In this document: positions 35,330-49,400 of the stretch, one piece after another
Position numbering within the stretch: the stretch's first letter is position 1
How the letters are laid out: the number at the start of each line of letters is the position of its first letter
Source: Thalia democratica
Lineage: Eukaryota
Direction: 5' to 3'
Assembly: GCA_965202585.1 (NCBI GenBank)
Contig: OZ241832.1
Coordinates: 37,758,001 to 37,822,000 of the forward strand
DNA length: 64,000 bases
Translations under genes and position numbers: made by a program
Notes under the pieces: generated by a model
Seen by the model: the letters and a program-made list of their open reading frames with translations, nothing else
Databases searched by the model: none
What the model was told of the DNA's origin: nothing

Positions 35330-36490
35330 GTTCAATAAACTGTAAAATTTTTAAGATATCTTTAGTAAACTAGATAAACGTAGAACTTATATGAAAATTC
35401 TTACAAACTAAAATACAGCCTTTATTTAAGGAAAATAACCTTAACATACTTATATCAATAAAATTTAAATTATTGAATGTTTATAAAAATTTTACACCAA
35501 CTAAACTTACAAAATTAGATCTGCTAAATAAACCAACAACTTAATTTTGTTTTAAACTTTATTTTAACTTTTTTATCTATTTTCTATAATCTATAGTGAA
35601 TTATTTTAATAATTATTTACTAACTCTCACTAAATTTTCTTCGTACCTTAACGGAATATACTAGTTACTTTTACCATAACTGTTGTTATTACTTTTCCAT
35701 GAAACATCGATTACATCGAAAATGACAAGTTTGCGGTTCTTGCAAAATTGCTTTCCTTGTAAAAATTTGAACACTCTCTAACATGAGTTAATTTTTTCAG
35801 TTAAAGTTGTAATGTTTTTTGAATTTAAATTATTCATAAGGTGACTTTAAACTGAAAGATATACCGATTTTGATAATAAGCATATTTTTCATTTAAAAAC
35901 CACCAAAAAATAAATATTGATTATTAGATAGTAAGTTTTAAAAATAATAATTATATAATCGAAAGTCGAGTCAAACTGAGTTAAATGGTTCAAACCTTAC
36001 AACCATTGATTAAACCTAACAGATCTCATTAATATTTAAAACTAGTTCCTTTTTAAAACAAAAAAAGAACGCGTTGTGTAACCTTTAAACTAATGACGAA
36101 AACATACTTTTACAGAATTTTACTGTATATCTGTAAAAGAAAAGAACATATTTTGGCTGAAATTATAAAGACTTTTAAAATATTTTCAACTCTACATTGT
36201 AAACAAACCCTAAAGGAGCAAAATATATTTCTATAAACTTTTGTGTCGTTAATCCATGATGGTTAAGTTTTGTAATTTCATGTTCGCGAAAAGTAAAGTA
36301 ACGTAGTAACGCTTATAATTTTATTCAACGTAGATAAAGACTTAGTTTTTAAAATCGTATACAAAAAAGAAATTTAGGAGTAAAATCTATACCAAACTTT
36401 AACACTATACTTTTATAAACTTATAATTTTTTGAACTAATTTTTAAGAATACGTAAGGAATAAATATGTTGAAATTTGTATGTTTATTTT

Positions 36491-36903
36491 GGGTAGCTAT
36501 CAAATTTGCACGAGCGTACAAAATTGCACGAGGGGACAAAATTACACGAGGATACTTTTGCACAAAGACACTTTTGCACTAGGGGATAAAACTGCACGAA
36601 GATACTATTGTACGAAGAATTTTTTGCACGGAGACATTTTTGCACAGGTTGATTATTTTTTATCTTTTATAAATTTTCAATTTATTTCTTTTTTTACTAT
36701 CACTGTTACCCCTAACCCTTACCCTCGGTCAGTAACTTATTTTTAATTTTTTATTAGTTTGTCTTTTAGTTTTTTTACTCTTTTTTATCTGTTTTTTTTT
36801 GCTCTCGTGCAAAAATGTAACTCGTGGAAAAGTATCTTCGTGCAATTTTGTTCTCGTGCAACTTAGTAACCTCTTGCAATTTGTCTTCGTGCAATTTTGA
36901 CCC
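36491..36903. mobile_element. Inverted-array element with TGCACGA subterminal repeats, unclassified
   Basis: About nine TTGCACGAG-like units on the left, about six inverted CTCGTGCAA-like units on the right, ends GGGT...ACCC and a central CCCTAACCCTTACCC. Confidence 0.8.
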
Positions 36904-37183
36904 GTTTCAGTTTATTTTGTTGTGCAGTTTTATTACAGGTGTTTTTTAAGGGTTTTATGACTATTTGTTGTGTAGTTTTATAGAACATGTTTTATTAAGT
37001 TTTTAAAGTTACAAATTATAACATATTCTTTGGATGAAACTTTTGTTACATGAATTCTCAATGAATTTTATCGAAGGGTATACAATTATAAAAGTATACC
37101 TTATTAATGTACTTTAACTAAAACATTGTTTGTATATTATAGTTTAAAAAATGTATCTGATTTTGTTTAACTATATGTTAAAA

Positions 37184-39956
37184 CAGGGTCGGCAGGCAGT
37201 TGGTGGTTGCGGGCCGAACTTCAAACTTTAAAATCTTCGCGGGCCGCAGTTTTAGTTTTAGCAGCATTTAAATAATCTAACGGTTTTAGTTTTATTCAGT
37301 TTAGTATTTTGATGGTTTTTAGCTGCACGTAGAATACCTTTATAAATTGTAGTTTATATTATCAAACTCTTTTTCATATTTTTTTAAAATATTAACTTTT
37401 GAAAACAATTTTTGCATTTTAAATATTTTGCACTCTTTAAAATACTCAGTAACTAGATGACTAAATAAAATTAAAACCTATTTGAATACAAAAACTAAAG
37501 AATTTTTTAACATAGTTAAGGCTAGAAAATTTTAACCAAACACCTTATTAGCAATTAAAAAGTCTTTTACATGGTTGCCACTTTTTGAAGCAAAAACGTC
37601 TGAGTTACATCAAATCAGCCTAAGTTTATAAAAAATTTGAAATTCCAAACACTTGCAATATATCAAGCTTAAATATATAACTTAAATATTATCATTATAA
37701 TAAAGTACATAATACGTAACTAAATTAAAAAAAAAAACAATTAATAAACTTCAATACAGTCATAAAAAATGTTCAGAGAATTCGAGCTTTTATTTAAAGT
37801 ATTTTAAATAAAAATTTCACACACATTTGAGTTTTTTTAAATGTCTTATACAAATTTAACCTTGTCTGAGTTTTTAAATTTTTCAAACTACCCTGTTTGT
37901 TTGACAACCTAGATAAAAGTAAAATTTAAAAAATACAAAACTAACGAAGTTTGTTAACAGTGAAATAAATTTATACTGCAAAAATATTCTTATAAGTGAG
38001 TTTGAATAGACAGGTAAGTTTCCAACATATTAGAAGAAAAGTATAAACATTTATTAAGCTATTATTGAATTAGAATACTTATTTTTATTGGGCATTACAG
38101 CAATTTTTTATTGCTTAATCCGCAATAAAAATATTGCATTTAAATAAGAGTAAATGTGAAATATAAGACAAAACTATAAGAATTACAAAACGTTAGTCAG
38201 GAGTTATTGCGAGAAACAGAAAAACAAATCGCTTAAATCAGTTTCAACAAAGCACATTATTATATTCAGTAACCACAGACTGTTCAGAAAAATTTGTCCT
38301 GGCAAGTTATTAAGTAGCAAAAGTAATTAATTAAAAGAAGACACCGTATAGAATTGATTTTTTTTAAGAGTTTGTGTTGGCGGTAGTAAAAGTTTTTTTT
38401 TTGTTTATTTCTTCAATGACAACAAGAAGTTGTGTTTAGGAAAAGTACGAAGATTATAAAGCCGCATAAATCAAACAAAGACTTCAACTGATCTGTTAAG
38501 ATAAGAGCAATGATACAACAAGTACTACTCGTCTGTGAATATTTATTAGAGGTGTTTTTACTAATTATGACATTTTACAAGAATTTTTAGGTTTAGTTCC
38601 AATGCAAAGCACAACAATAGGTAAAGAAATTGTAAAAGAAATGTTGCAACGCAACAATCTAATGGGCCTGATCTTAAGTTTTTGTCACAAACAATGTTGC
38701 TATTGCATTTATTGCAAAAACATCGTGGTAATATGATTTTGCTTAAAAACCAGATTTTAAGCATTTCAAGCCAAAAACTGACAAAAAATGCCTTAATTGG
38801 CCTGAGATTTTAAAAGTCTTCAAACTAGCTTGACTTAGTCTGAGTGTGTGGCAATGTTTATTTGCTTAAATATGATATATTTTGATTGATAATTTACAGA
38901 CTTAATAAATTTACCATCCTTAATATAGTTTGTAATAAACAGCTGGTTCCAAAAAAAGAGTACCTGTGTACATTAGTATGTTACTCATAGAAGTTAACTT
39001 AATTTGCCAAAACATATTATTTGAAAAATTAAAAAGTATACTGAACAAAATCTTTTTTAATTTATATCAAATATTTTGTTTTACATGTGTCTGTACTACA
39101 CACTTAGATAATATATGTAGAAACATTAACAATAGAAAACTGTGCTTAAACTACACGTAATCTAACTTAAGTATGAAATAAAAGTGGTTCAAAAATGAGC
39201 ATCTGTGTCCATCGGTATGCATAGGTATTGATACAAAGAGCACAGAAAAATTCTAAAAAAATCAAACTGTGTCGAATCCAAAATAATAAAAACCTAATTT
39301 CTTTATTATTATGTTATTTTAAATGTTTTTGTGTACACTCAAATATAACATATAGTGATAAAACATCTATAAAAGAAACTTAGGTATAAATTACATGCTA
39401 AACGAAATACCTAAATTGTAAAGAATTGACATTTTAGTAAATAAAATAAATGCAAACGTTTTCCGTTGTGTACAAAAGTAATGCACAGTAATTTAGTACT
39501 GTGCATTAGTACTGTGCATAATGTACAGTAATTTAGTACTGTTGTGTACTGTGGAAAACGTTTGCATTTAGTTTATTTACTAAATAGGTGTTATATAATT
39601 AACTTACAGAATTCAAGTACTTTTATTTTAAACTCTATATTTAAAATAATTTATTTTTCAGAACATAACTTGCTACTGTATGAAGAAAGTTATTATGAAA
39701 ATGAGAAAAAAACACTGCTTGAACGCAATCTGTTTTTTTTTATATTATTAAGTCAAATCAGTTAAGTATTATATTGTTTGTAATGTTAACAGGAATTTAA
39801 ATCAAATTAAACCAAACTACCGAAAAAAGTTAAACTTAAATTATAATTTTGCTCAGCGGGCCACAATTACATGCTCGCGGGGCGCAGAATTTTCTTTCGC
39901 GAGCCGCGTTTTATTCAAAAAAAAAGTGCTCACGGGCCGCAGTTTGCCGACTCCTG
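37184..39956 (+). mobile_element. Decayed hAT (Buster/SPIN/Charlie-like) DNA transposon, about 2.8 kb
   Basis: Ends CAGGGTCGGCA and TGCCGACTCCTG with subterminal GCGGGCCG motifs. Fragmented transposase at about 38090-38760 (LLNPQ/CLIC-like start, ASY*VAKVI, IRGVFTNYDILQEFLGLVPMQSTTIGKEI, YCIYCKN). 8-bp flanks TGTTAAAA and AGTTGATA match 5/8; the left one has the central TA. Confidence 0.75.
39433..39584. repeat. Nested fold-back with inner palindromic tandem units, inside the hAT
   Basis: Arms 39433-39464 and 39553-39584 match 31/32. There is an inner perfect 12-bp hairpin TAATGCACAGTA-ATTTAG-TACTGTGCATTA (39479-39508) plus a partial second copy. Confidence 0.85.
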
Positions 39957-40459
39957 AGTTGATATAATCTTTATTTAAACGAGCGAAGACTTAGTTTTTA
40001 AAATTGTTACTAAATTGAAATTTAAGAATAAAAGTTATTGTAAATTTCAAAACCACGTATTTATAAACTAACCAACACTTTTAATTAGTTTAAATAGTAC
40101 AAATATTATTTGGATGAATACGGTCATTTTGTTCTGTAGTTTTATTCCAAAAATTTTATTAAGGTTTTAAAGTTATGAAATATAAATAAGAAATAAAAAT
40201 GTGAGAAATATTTATTATACCAAAGTAAAAACATTAAAAAGCGATTACAAAAGCAGTTGAAAACTTTCATATTAAAAGGATTAGTGTAATTACCAAAACA
40301 ACATACAGCTTTTGCTTTTACAGTGATGAAGCCCCACAGTGTAACTCGATAGACAAATTGAAACAAATACCGACAGTTTTAAAAAATGCGGCTGAAAAAC
40401 AGCGTCAAAACGAGAAAACAACAAAAGCCCCATTCAAGCCAATTAAAAAACGGTAACAA

Positions 40460-43400
40460 TCACTTGGTGTCGCACAGTATCGCCACGCCCCTCAGCGTCC
40501 AGTGCTCGGGCATCTGCGTCGTCCTCAGGAACAAGTTGAATATGTAGGTGAGGTCGGTCCTGCGCGGCTTCTTGTACACGGGGCAGTGGTACAGCTTGTT
40601 GTCCTTGGACAGGCTGGCGGGCGAGGTGTTGACCGCGTACACGTGGACGACCGGCATGGCGCTGAACAGCACCTTGGCCTGCGACTCGACCAGCTTGCAG
40701 TTGCGCCGGTCCCACCCCGCCCCGTCTATGAACAGCCCGTGCACGTAGACGCCACCTGGCGGTTATTTTATTTTAACATATTGGTTTATTTAAGTTGCGA
40801 ACCACAAGTTGCAGTAGTAGGGATATTTATAAAAAAATTGTCAAACTTTTTTTTGGAAAATTTCAAACTGAATTAAGGTTTTAAGTATTATGAACAAAAG
40901 ATGATACTAATTAAAATTTAGTGACTAACTTGAACAGTAATAGTATTTAAATACATCCTCACCTATTTCAGGAGGTGGGGGGTTTATCACGTCTTCCTTG
41001 AGCATTTTGGTGACCTCATTGTACAAAACAACGCCATCAAGCGCCCAGCCCTTGTTTGCTCTCGTCACTTCTTGCCTCATGGCCGTCAGGAATCCCTAGT
41101 AAGGAGTATTTTAGATAAAAAAAAAGGCACGAGTTACTAAATTAAAGGTTGTTTAAAGCTTTTTGTGATAGAATTCTTTTTAGTTGACCATATTTAACAA
41201 AAATTTTAAATTAAATAAAATAAGATATGTATAAGGTTTAGGATACTAATAAACTTTTGCTTTAGTTGCTATTTCTTCAATCAATTTATTAATTTCAACA
41301 TAACTTTTTCAACTAAAAGTTTTACTGCTTAAACTTTAAAATACATCGTTGATATAAAAATTTTCTTTACATAGTTATATTTTCTTCAAAATTAATCTCC
41401 TGAATACCAAACTTTAAATTTAGCTTGTCTACTTTATTTTATAAAAGTTGTAAACTATCTTATAAAAAATAACTACCCAATAGTTATTAACCTTATTATT
41501 TATCGAAGAAATTTATTAAAAAAAAAACAAAAATAAAGTAAACGAACAGTTAAAAAAAAATTTACAACATGGTTCACTTTTTTTTCAATTTAGAAACAGA
41601 AAAATATTGTGCAGCAAAAATATGTTTTCAATATTTTGCTTACTTGAGGGTTAAAAAATCCAGTCATCCAAAATTGATTTGGTCTTCCGTTAAATATCCA
41701 TGCATGGAACTGACTGTGCCTTTCTAGCAGTTCTGTGAACCAAAAACCAAGAGTAGAACTTTCCCAAGATATCTGTGGGCAATTAATTTTGTGTAAGCGT
41801 TGATTTTAGGGACTGATTTGTTGAAAAACAACTAAACTACTAAAAATAAACAAAACAAGCGTCTTCTGCTTACAAATAAATTCTTACTCAAACTTATTCA
41901 AAAAATAAATACAAAATTCCTAAGAAACTTACAAAAACTTCAAACTTTTTCTAAAGAGGTTTAAAAATCATCAAAACTTCAAGAAAAATACGAAAGAAAA
42001 AAAAGTAGTAAATTTAGATTTTAAGCTTTCGTTAACATTTTCATTCTCGCTTAAATTTTTTACCTTTCTCCAGAGCTGAGGTATACGCGCGTCGTACATC
42101 TGATCAAGAGCGTCGCGAAGATTCTCGCTCATGATGATCGTTCCGTCGATTGCCAGCTTCAGGTCTTGCAGCGTCGTCCTGACAACGCTGATCACTCGCT
42201 GCATCCTGTCGATCTCCTGCCGCAGAAAGATGTTCATCGGCTGGATGGCTCCGAATTTTTGTAGTTGTGCTTTTACCTGTAAAAAAAATAAAAATAGTGA
42301 AACGCGAGGCAACTGGTTTACAAAGCAGTCTTTATCATAAAAATTTTATATTCACTGCTTTAACAGTTTTCTTATACACATGAAACTAGCGCGAGTTTTA
42401 CTTTGTGGGGTAAGAAGTTCTCAGGCAGTTTTTCCAGCATTTCTTCAGCCATTTTGAAAACGACGCTTTCTCTCGTTTCACCGGAACCTCCACTGGATTC
42501 TTTCGGCTGGACGCTCACTATTGTGCCGAGGGCAGTGTTCGCAAAGTTTGTCTGTAAAAAATCGAACAAATAAGATTGACTATTTTTATGATTTAACAAA
42601 GTCAACCACTTAAGCAGAAAAAAAAACTTTTGACTTATATTAAACGATAAACTATAAAACCTGGTACGTAATGTCAGCATTTGGATGGAGACCCATCACT
42701 TCAGGTGAGTCAACAATAGGCATGTTGTCAATGTAACTTCTAAAATCTTGAATTGACTTAACGTTTGGAATAGTGTACCCTTAAAGTAAAAAATGTTAAT
42801 AATTTAGCTCTGAAAACATTAATAAAACGATAAACTCCAGCTTCTAGTATTTTTTTGTTTTAGACTACATCAATTATGTTTTTTTGCTAATTTTTTTTTA
42901 CCTACTGTTATAATAATTTAACATCTTTACTCAAGTATGTATGAAGATATTTCACCTTTGTAAAAACAAAATTTGTCTGAAAACATTTCGTCTCCGAACC
43001 AAACTTTGCAAAAAGTGTTGAGAAGATGCTTGTCCAAATCATCAGTGACCCTACCTCCAAATTGTATTTCTCCTAACATGTATCTCACCGTGTTCCAAGA
43101 TATTCCCTGTATTCACGTTGATCAGGATATTAAAACTATTTTTATTGAAAAAAAAAGAACTTTAATGAGTAATTTTGGATTTAACTTTTCAAAGGTGAAA
43201 AAGTAAGTAATATTTCTCTAACACTTCTAATTAAATGCTTTAAGAAATTTGTATTATTCAATATTTAGAGAAGTTATTGAAAATACTCAAAACATGAATA
43301 ATATTTATAGCATTTATCTTAAATTTCCATCATCTACTTTTAAAAACACATTGTCACACAAGCGCAGGTTCGTTACCTTTTTCGGTCCGACCTCGTCCAG

Positions 43401-46400
43401 GTGGTTCTGAACAAACTGGACGCTTGTGGTGAAGTCGGCCTGGTTGAACTCGTACGGAATGTTCCAGCCGAGGGGCCCGAACTTTCTCCTCTCCTGAACC
43501 GTCGTGTAGAGGAAAGCCACCGCGTACAGCATCGGCTTCCACTGCGGTATCCCTATTATGTCGAGGAAGTCCTGAAAGTTTTAACTGGTTTTGATGCCTG
43601 ATAAGTTTTCACAAGTAGTTGTTCAAGACATATAAAACTAAAAAAGTTTAGAAAAACTAGTTCATTCATAAAAAACAAATGTATAAAACTTAAGACAATA
43701 TGTAGCGTGCTAAAAAATTACTTCTAATTGTTTTATAACAAAAATCAGAACGAAACAAGTTCGTTAGAATATACAATAACAAAAAATTGCACACTACTTG
43801 CTTTATTAAACTCAGTCTAGTAATGCAAGTACTGATATTATACAAAAGCCAGTTTAATAGTTGTTTGTCAACAAATCAGAATAAATGTAGGCGTTATGTT
43901 ATGGTTTATAGTGTACCCGAACTGTTTGTAAACAATTTCAGAAAAAAAAATTAGCAACAAATTCAACAAACTTGTGTGATAGTTGCGTACGTCCGTTTCA
44001 ATCCCGCCTTCATTCCTTGCGGTGGCTCGTTCGTGTACTTGATGGAGGACTGCAGCAGGTTGATGGGAAACTTGGGGTGAACTTCGGCTGTTATCCACGT
44101 TCGGTACTGCTCGTTCACTTCCTCCGTTTCTTGCAACTTAACGTGATTTCATAAGATTTAATAAGGTTAAACAACCTTTTCTTATTAAGGTTTCTTATAA
44201 TTTTTAAAGAGTTCAAACAAAGTTATGATACTTCAATACAGATATGTGAAATATTCCTGCACTTAAAAACATCTCATATGTTTTTGATTTTTCATGCAAA
44301 AATTCAAAGAAAAAAGCATAAAGTAACCAATTTTCAGCAAACTTGTTAATTACATCAAACAAAAAACCTGCTGAAGAAGTTCATCCATGTAGTTGAGCCC
44401 AAGATGGCAGTTTTGCAGGAGAAGCCACCCCCCGTCGGTGAACGATTGCTGAAGAAGTCTTCTTGCGTGGACCTCTTGACCTTGGCCCATGGAAATGGGT
44501 CTACATGCTGAAGCAATAAAATGCATATAAGGGTTTAACATTAAAGAAAAATTTATTCTAAATTTTATAACTTTATTCAATTAGAAAGGAAAAATATGTA
44601 AAAAGTGAAGAAAATAGAAGCTGGTATGTTAAAAAAAACAAACGTATTCCTTTGCTTCTCGCAAGTCGTTCAATGGAATCCGTAGGATCTGATCCCATTG
44701 TGAGGAAACAGATCATCGGGCATCTGTTGTCCGATTCCTTCAACATTTCTTCGTAGTCTAACAAAACTGCTTCTGCGTAGTTCGCACCCATTGTAGACGT
44801 GATAAAATGTCGAGCCTGTTTAGTTTTTGTGAACAGATTTATTAATGTGACAAATAATTTAAATTTATTAATTTGATTTAATTGTAAATAGTTTAAAAAC
44901 TAGTTTCTAGAAAATATCGTAGTCAAAAACGAAATTCCATTAAAACTGCTTGTCTGACCAAAAACCAAGAGTAGTAGTAAAAAATGCCTACTTGTTTATA
45001 CATAAAAAGACACGAGTAGTAAAAATTTAACCTGCGCAGTGATTCTGTCAGGGGCCCACGACCTGATAAGCAACAGTTTTTTGAACGTGTCTAAAGAGCT
45101 GTTGTACCCGTCTGGTATTGTGGCTTCTTCTGGAGCAGATTGGTCGAACCAATTCTTCCAAGCCTTTTATAAAACGTATATTGTATGGTTTTTATGTTTC
45201 CTAGGAAATAACTATTTACATTCTTCAAGCTAGTTTATTTTTTAATAAATAGAGTTTGCTTTTTAGTGACTTGTTTTTATTTAGCAGTAAGCCAATTATA
45301 GGTAAGCTGAATTATGTTTTTTTCAAAATTCTAGCATAGCAAACTTAAGATAATGCTTTACAAACTATCAATATGCTTTTTGCGATATATACTTAACCTT
45401 TGAATATATTCAGTTCAAATGTTCATGTTTTAAATGAGTACTAACTTTGTCATTTCTAGAAATTTGACCAAGTAGCTGTGAAAAATGCGGAAGCTTACTG
45501 AGTTGTACTAAATTCAGCCAAGTCATGTCGGAAATCCACTTCTTAGGTTTTGGTTGGACGGCATTTAAGTCCAAGCTTGCACCACCTAAAAGTAGTAGTT
45601 TCAAAAATTAAATTGTAAGATTTACAATTTGATGAAACAGTTATTACCGACTACATAAATGACAGTTTAAAAAGTAACTAGTTCTTTCTAAAAAGTATGT
45701 TTTTATTCATAGTTGTCTTAAAGCGATTTAAAAACAAACCATAAAAAGTAACTTTAATAAAGCTTTTTTTTTCAAGAAATATTATTTTAATAAGGGTAAA
45801 AATATAATTTTTTTTTACTATTTTTTAATTGTAAAACTTTATTACACTGTAAACCAATCAAAACAACAAATAAGAAGATAATATAACAACCTTTGATGAA
45901 CGTTTGAAACTCGTGATGGCTGATCAAGCTGGTGTTGAGAGCGATCTTGAGCGTGAGGAGGAGCACGTACAGGAACTTGTGCTCCTCGTACAAGCCCCTG
46001 GTGGTGTAGCGGAACACCTCGTACGTCAGGAAGCCGATGATGTTTCCGATGCGCGCCTTCGGCACCGGCGACTTGGTGGACCGTCGCAGGCTCAGGTCGA
46101 ACAACTGCAGGAACTGCCTCAGCGAAGTCTGAAAGGAATTTCTCGTGAAAGGCGAGAAAGAATTCAATCGTTTTGCTTAGAGTTGTTTAAACAAAAAATT
46201 TAAAAAAGCGTTGGTTTTTTTTGATCACCAACTGAGCTATTTATACTTTTTTGCACTTAAAACTAAAACTATCAAAAAAATTTGAAACAGTTAAAATAAA
46301 AAACATTCAGTTAAATTAAGCCTAATAATTACTTATACAAATAAATTTCACTTGGTACATGACGTTGACGAGGCTCATTTCGACGATGAGGAAGTACAAG

Positions 46401-49400
46401 ATGGACCCTCTGTTCGCCACCGGCCTGAACTCCTCTCTCGCCGTGTTGATCTTCACCTCCGTGTCCGCCGCAATCGTCAGCTTCTCGCTCACCTCCTCCG
46501 CTGTCGTCTTCGTTGTCTGAAGTTTTCAATGGTAATTAGACTATGGTACTTTTTATTATAGCAGAAATGTCTAGTGGTCGACTCTAACTAAGTTTATTTA
46601 ATAAAATTTGCAATTTTATAAAAAAAGTTAAAAAGTGTAATATTTTTGACAGAATTATAGTTCACTTAATTATACTGTGCTTAATGAGTTCTTAATGTAT
46701 ATTAAATGTTATGACTTATCACTAAAAAAACTTAAATTTATTTTCAATTGGAGATCATTATCTAAGCTTTTATTCGCTCGAAAGAATCTCCTTTAAATTG
46801 TTTGTACAAACTTAGAAGACCAGATCAGATCTTTGGTATACTAAAAAACACTTTACGTCTAACGTAGCGTCTAGTTTTAGAACGAAACTGTTTCTTAAAA
46901 ATTTTACCAACTTGGAGCACTTGAATGAGCGATTCATCCTCAACCAATGATCCTTCTGTTGTAGTGAGCCTGTACAAAAGGTTATCTTCGAGTTGCTTCA
47001 TTTTTCGTTTGTTGGCTGTAACCTCTTCCATTAACGAAACACGTTCGGACTCTAACTCCTGCAAAGGCACAGAATTATAACAAATAAACAAGGTATTTAG
47101 CACCTGAGTTTTTTGTTCAATACATGTAAAACAAGCAAGGGTAAACTTCTAATGAGATTGTGTTTCAGACCTGCAAGTGTTAAACCAACGTACGTTTTTC
47201 TCGGTTACGATGACTCTTCCGAGCAGCTGGTCCTCGAGTCCCTTCATGGTGACGGTGAAGTCGATGATGGAAGTCCTGGCGTAAATTTCGGGCGTGTACA
47301 CCGGGTTGGCCAGCTTCGTCGTTATGTACAAGGAGAACCCGTCCATGACGTCGACTTCTTTGTCGCCGACTTTCACCTGGCAGCGACAAAATTTTTTTAA
47401 CACTTACCTATGAAGATTTAAAAACTATGTTTAAAGTAGATATGTCAGGTATAATTTGTGTTAAATTTTTGCACAGAGTGACTGCTGGTTTGAATTTTAC
47501 TTTTACTTATTTTTGTTCAAATCTAAAAAAACTTTTTTGTGTTCATAAATATCAACAATAAAGCTTGCTGCGACATAGAGTAAATGTCAAATTTACATCA
47601 ATTTCGTTATCTAAAAAATATCTAATGAAATGTCTAAAATATTCAACGAGTGAAAAACACTCATTAGAAAAAATCAAACCTAACCTTAAAGGTAGAGCCG
47701 GACTTTATAAAGTTTTTCTCCAGGACATTGTCAAGAGCCGGATCGAGTTCTTCACCAACATCTTCAATCAGAAGTGGGCGTCCGAGAGAGAGAGAATCTT
47801 CGAGGTGAGTTCGAAAGTATTTGTGGTTGAGCGTGGTTAACTGTAAAAAAAAAATCAAGTTAAGTAAACATTTTTTAGCTAAAATTTCATCATTCAGATT
47901 CAAGTTTTAGTTATACCTGAAGCTCGTTGTCTTTTTCTTTGTTTTTAAGCCAAATTTTTCCTTGGCCTTGCGGGTCAATGATGAGTGGAAATCTGGTGGC
48001 TCTGGTGACTATGATACCATTTTGAACGGACAAGTCATCGTTAGGCAGTCCCTGAAGGTTCCATTCGCTGATTGTCGTGTTGTCAGTCAACATGTTGATT
48101 AAGTTCAAGTCCTATTTGTTAGACTTATTAAAAATTACTTTAAGGTTTTAACTCAAAAGATTTGAGAAAAAGTATAAAGCTTGCTTTTATTAAATTAATA
48201 AAAACACTTTGTATATTTTAAACTGAAGTGTGTTAAAAAAAAGTAAAAAAGTTTCCATTCAATTATAGTTTAATTCTTCAAAGGTTTTTTTACTTACTTC
48301 GGAAAAGGGAATTTTTAAGGTTGACATTTCTTTCTTCCAAGACTGCTGGAGCAAATTACGGAAGTCCTGATTAAACGGTCCGGAGTAGGAAAGGAAGCCT
48401 GTAGCTACAAGCACGTCCCCGACCAATCGCTTGATCTGCGCTTGAAACGTTTTCCCAGCTGCTGTCCATCTTATCTGTGGATTGAAATTGGTTAAAGTAT
48501 TCTTAAACTTTTAAAAACAATTGAAAACACCAGAATGTTAGCTATATTACAACAACAGTTTTAGACATTCCTTTTCTAACTCACTATTTAGTAAACTTTA
48601 GAATAAATAACTTACATTTTTATAATTATTTCAATACATTCTCTACTGAACGATTAAGGAAAAGCGCTCAAAAAATTTGGTCTAAGAACCCGGTGTACGA
48701 AAAAACCTTTCAATTTTCGAGTAGTACACCACAAAAATGGCTTATAACAAAACCTCACACGTTTCAAACTTTACCTTCTCGCCTCCGAGGCCTTCGATCA
48801 GGGCGCTGGCGTTGTTCATTTTTCTCTCGCAGGCGTCCGCGTCGTCCATCAGCGCTTGCTTGTGCGCCTCCGCCGCGTCCGACTCCGCTTGCGCCGCCTG
48901 CACCTCCGCCTCCTTCTCGTCGAGTTGCGCCTGCGCGCTCTCCAAGTCGCTCCTCGCCACGCCCAGCTTCGACTCTTGGACGGCCAAGTTAGCCTGAGTA
49001 AAGTTGCGAGTTGAAGTATTTTTTGAAGCAAGTTTGCTTTGTTTATACTTTTTTCTTTAAAGCTTTAGTAAGAGCTTTAAGTGTTATAGAGTATTTTCAA
49101 AAAGTAGTTGACACTTCTATAAGAATTAAAGAAAAGTCATTTACAACAGAAAAAAATCATATTGGGACAATATTATTGTGTAGTATAGTATACTATAAGT
49201 ATTTTTTCTTTAATAGAAAAGTATATTTGAGATGCTTTTTGATTCATAAAAGCAATATACTTATAAAAGCAATATAACTAGAGCACAAATACTTTAACAA
49301 GTTTAACTTGGCAAAGCGGAAGATAATTTATCAAACACTGTTCAGAGAGTAATAACTAAACTACCTTCAACGGAAGGACGTCTTTGTTTATTCCAAAAAA

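Noticed and set aside
35959-35972. Hammerhead-like GAAAGTCGAGTC (and GACGAG..GGTT-TTGT-AACC-GAAA at 15195-15221)
   Set aside because: No CUGANGA box and no convincing stems; compatible with chance.
36495-36900. CRISPR-like array
   Set aside because: Units are 9-bp degenerate motifs in two opposite orientations without unique spacers, in a eukaryotic context with no cas genes.
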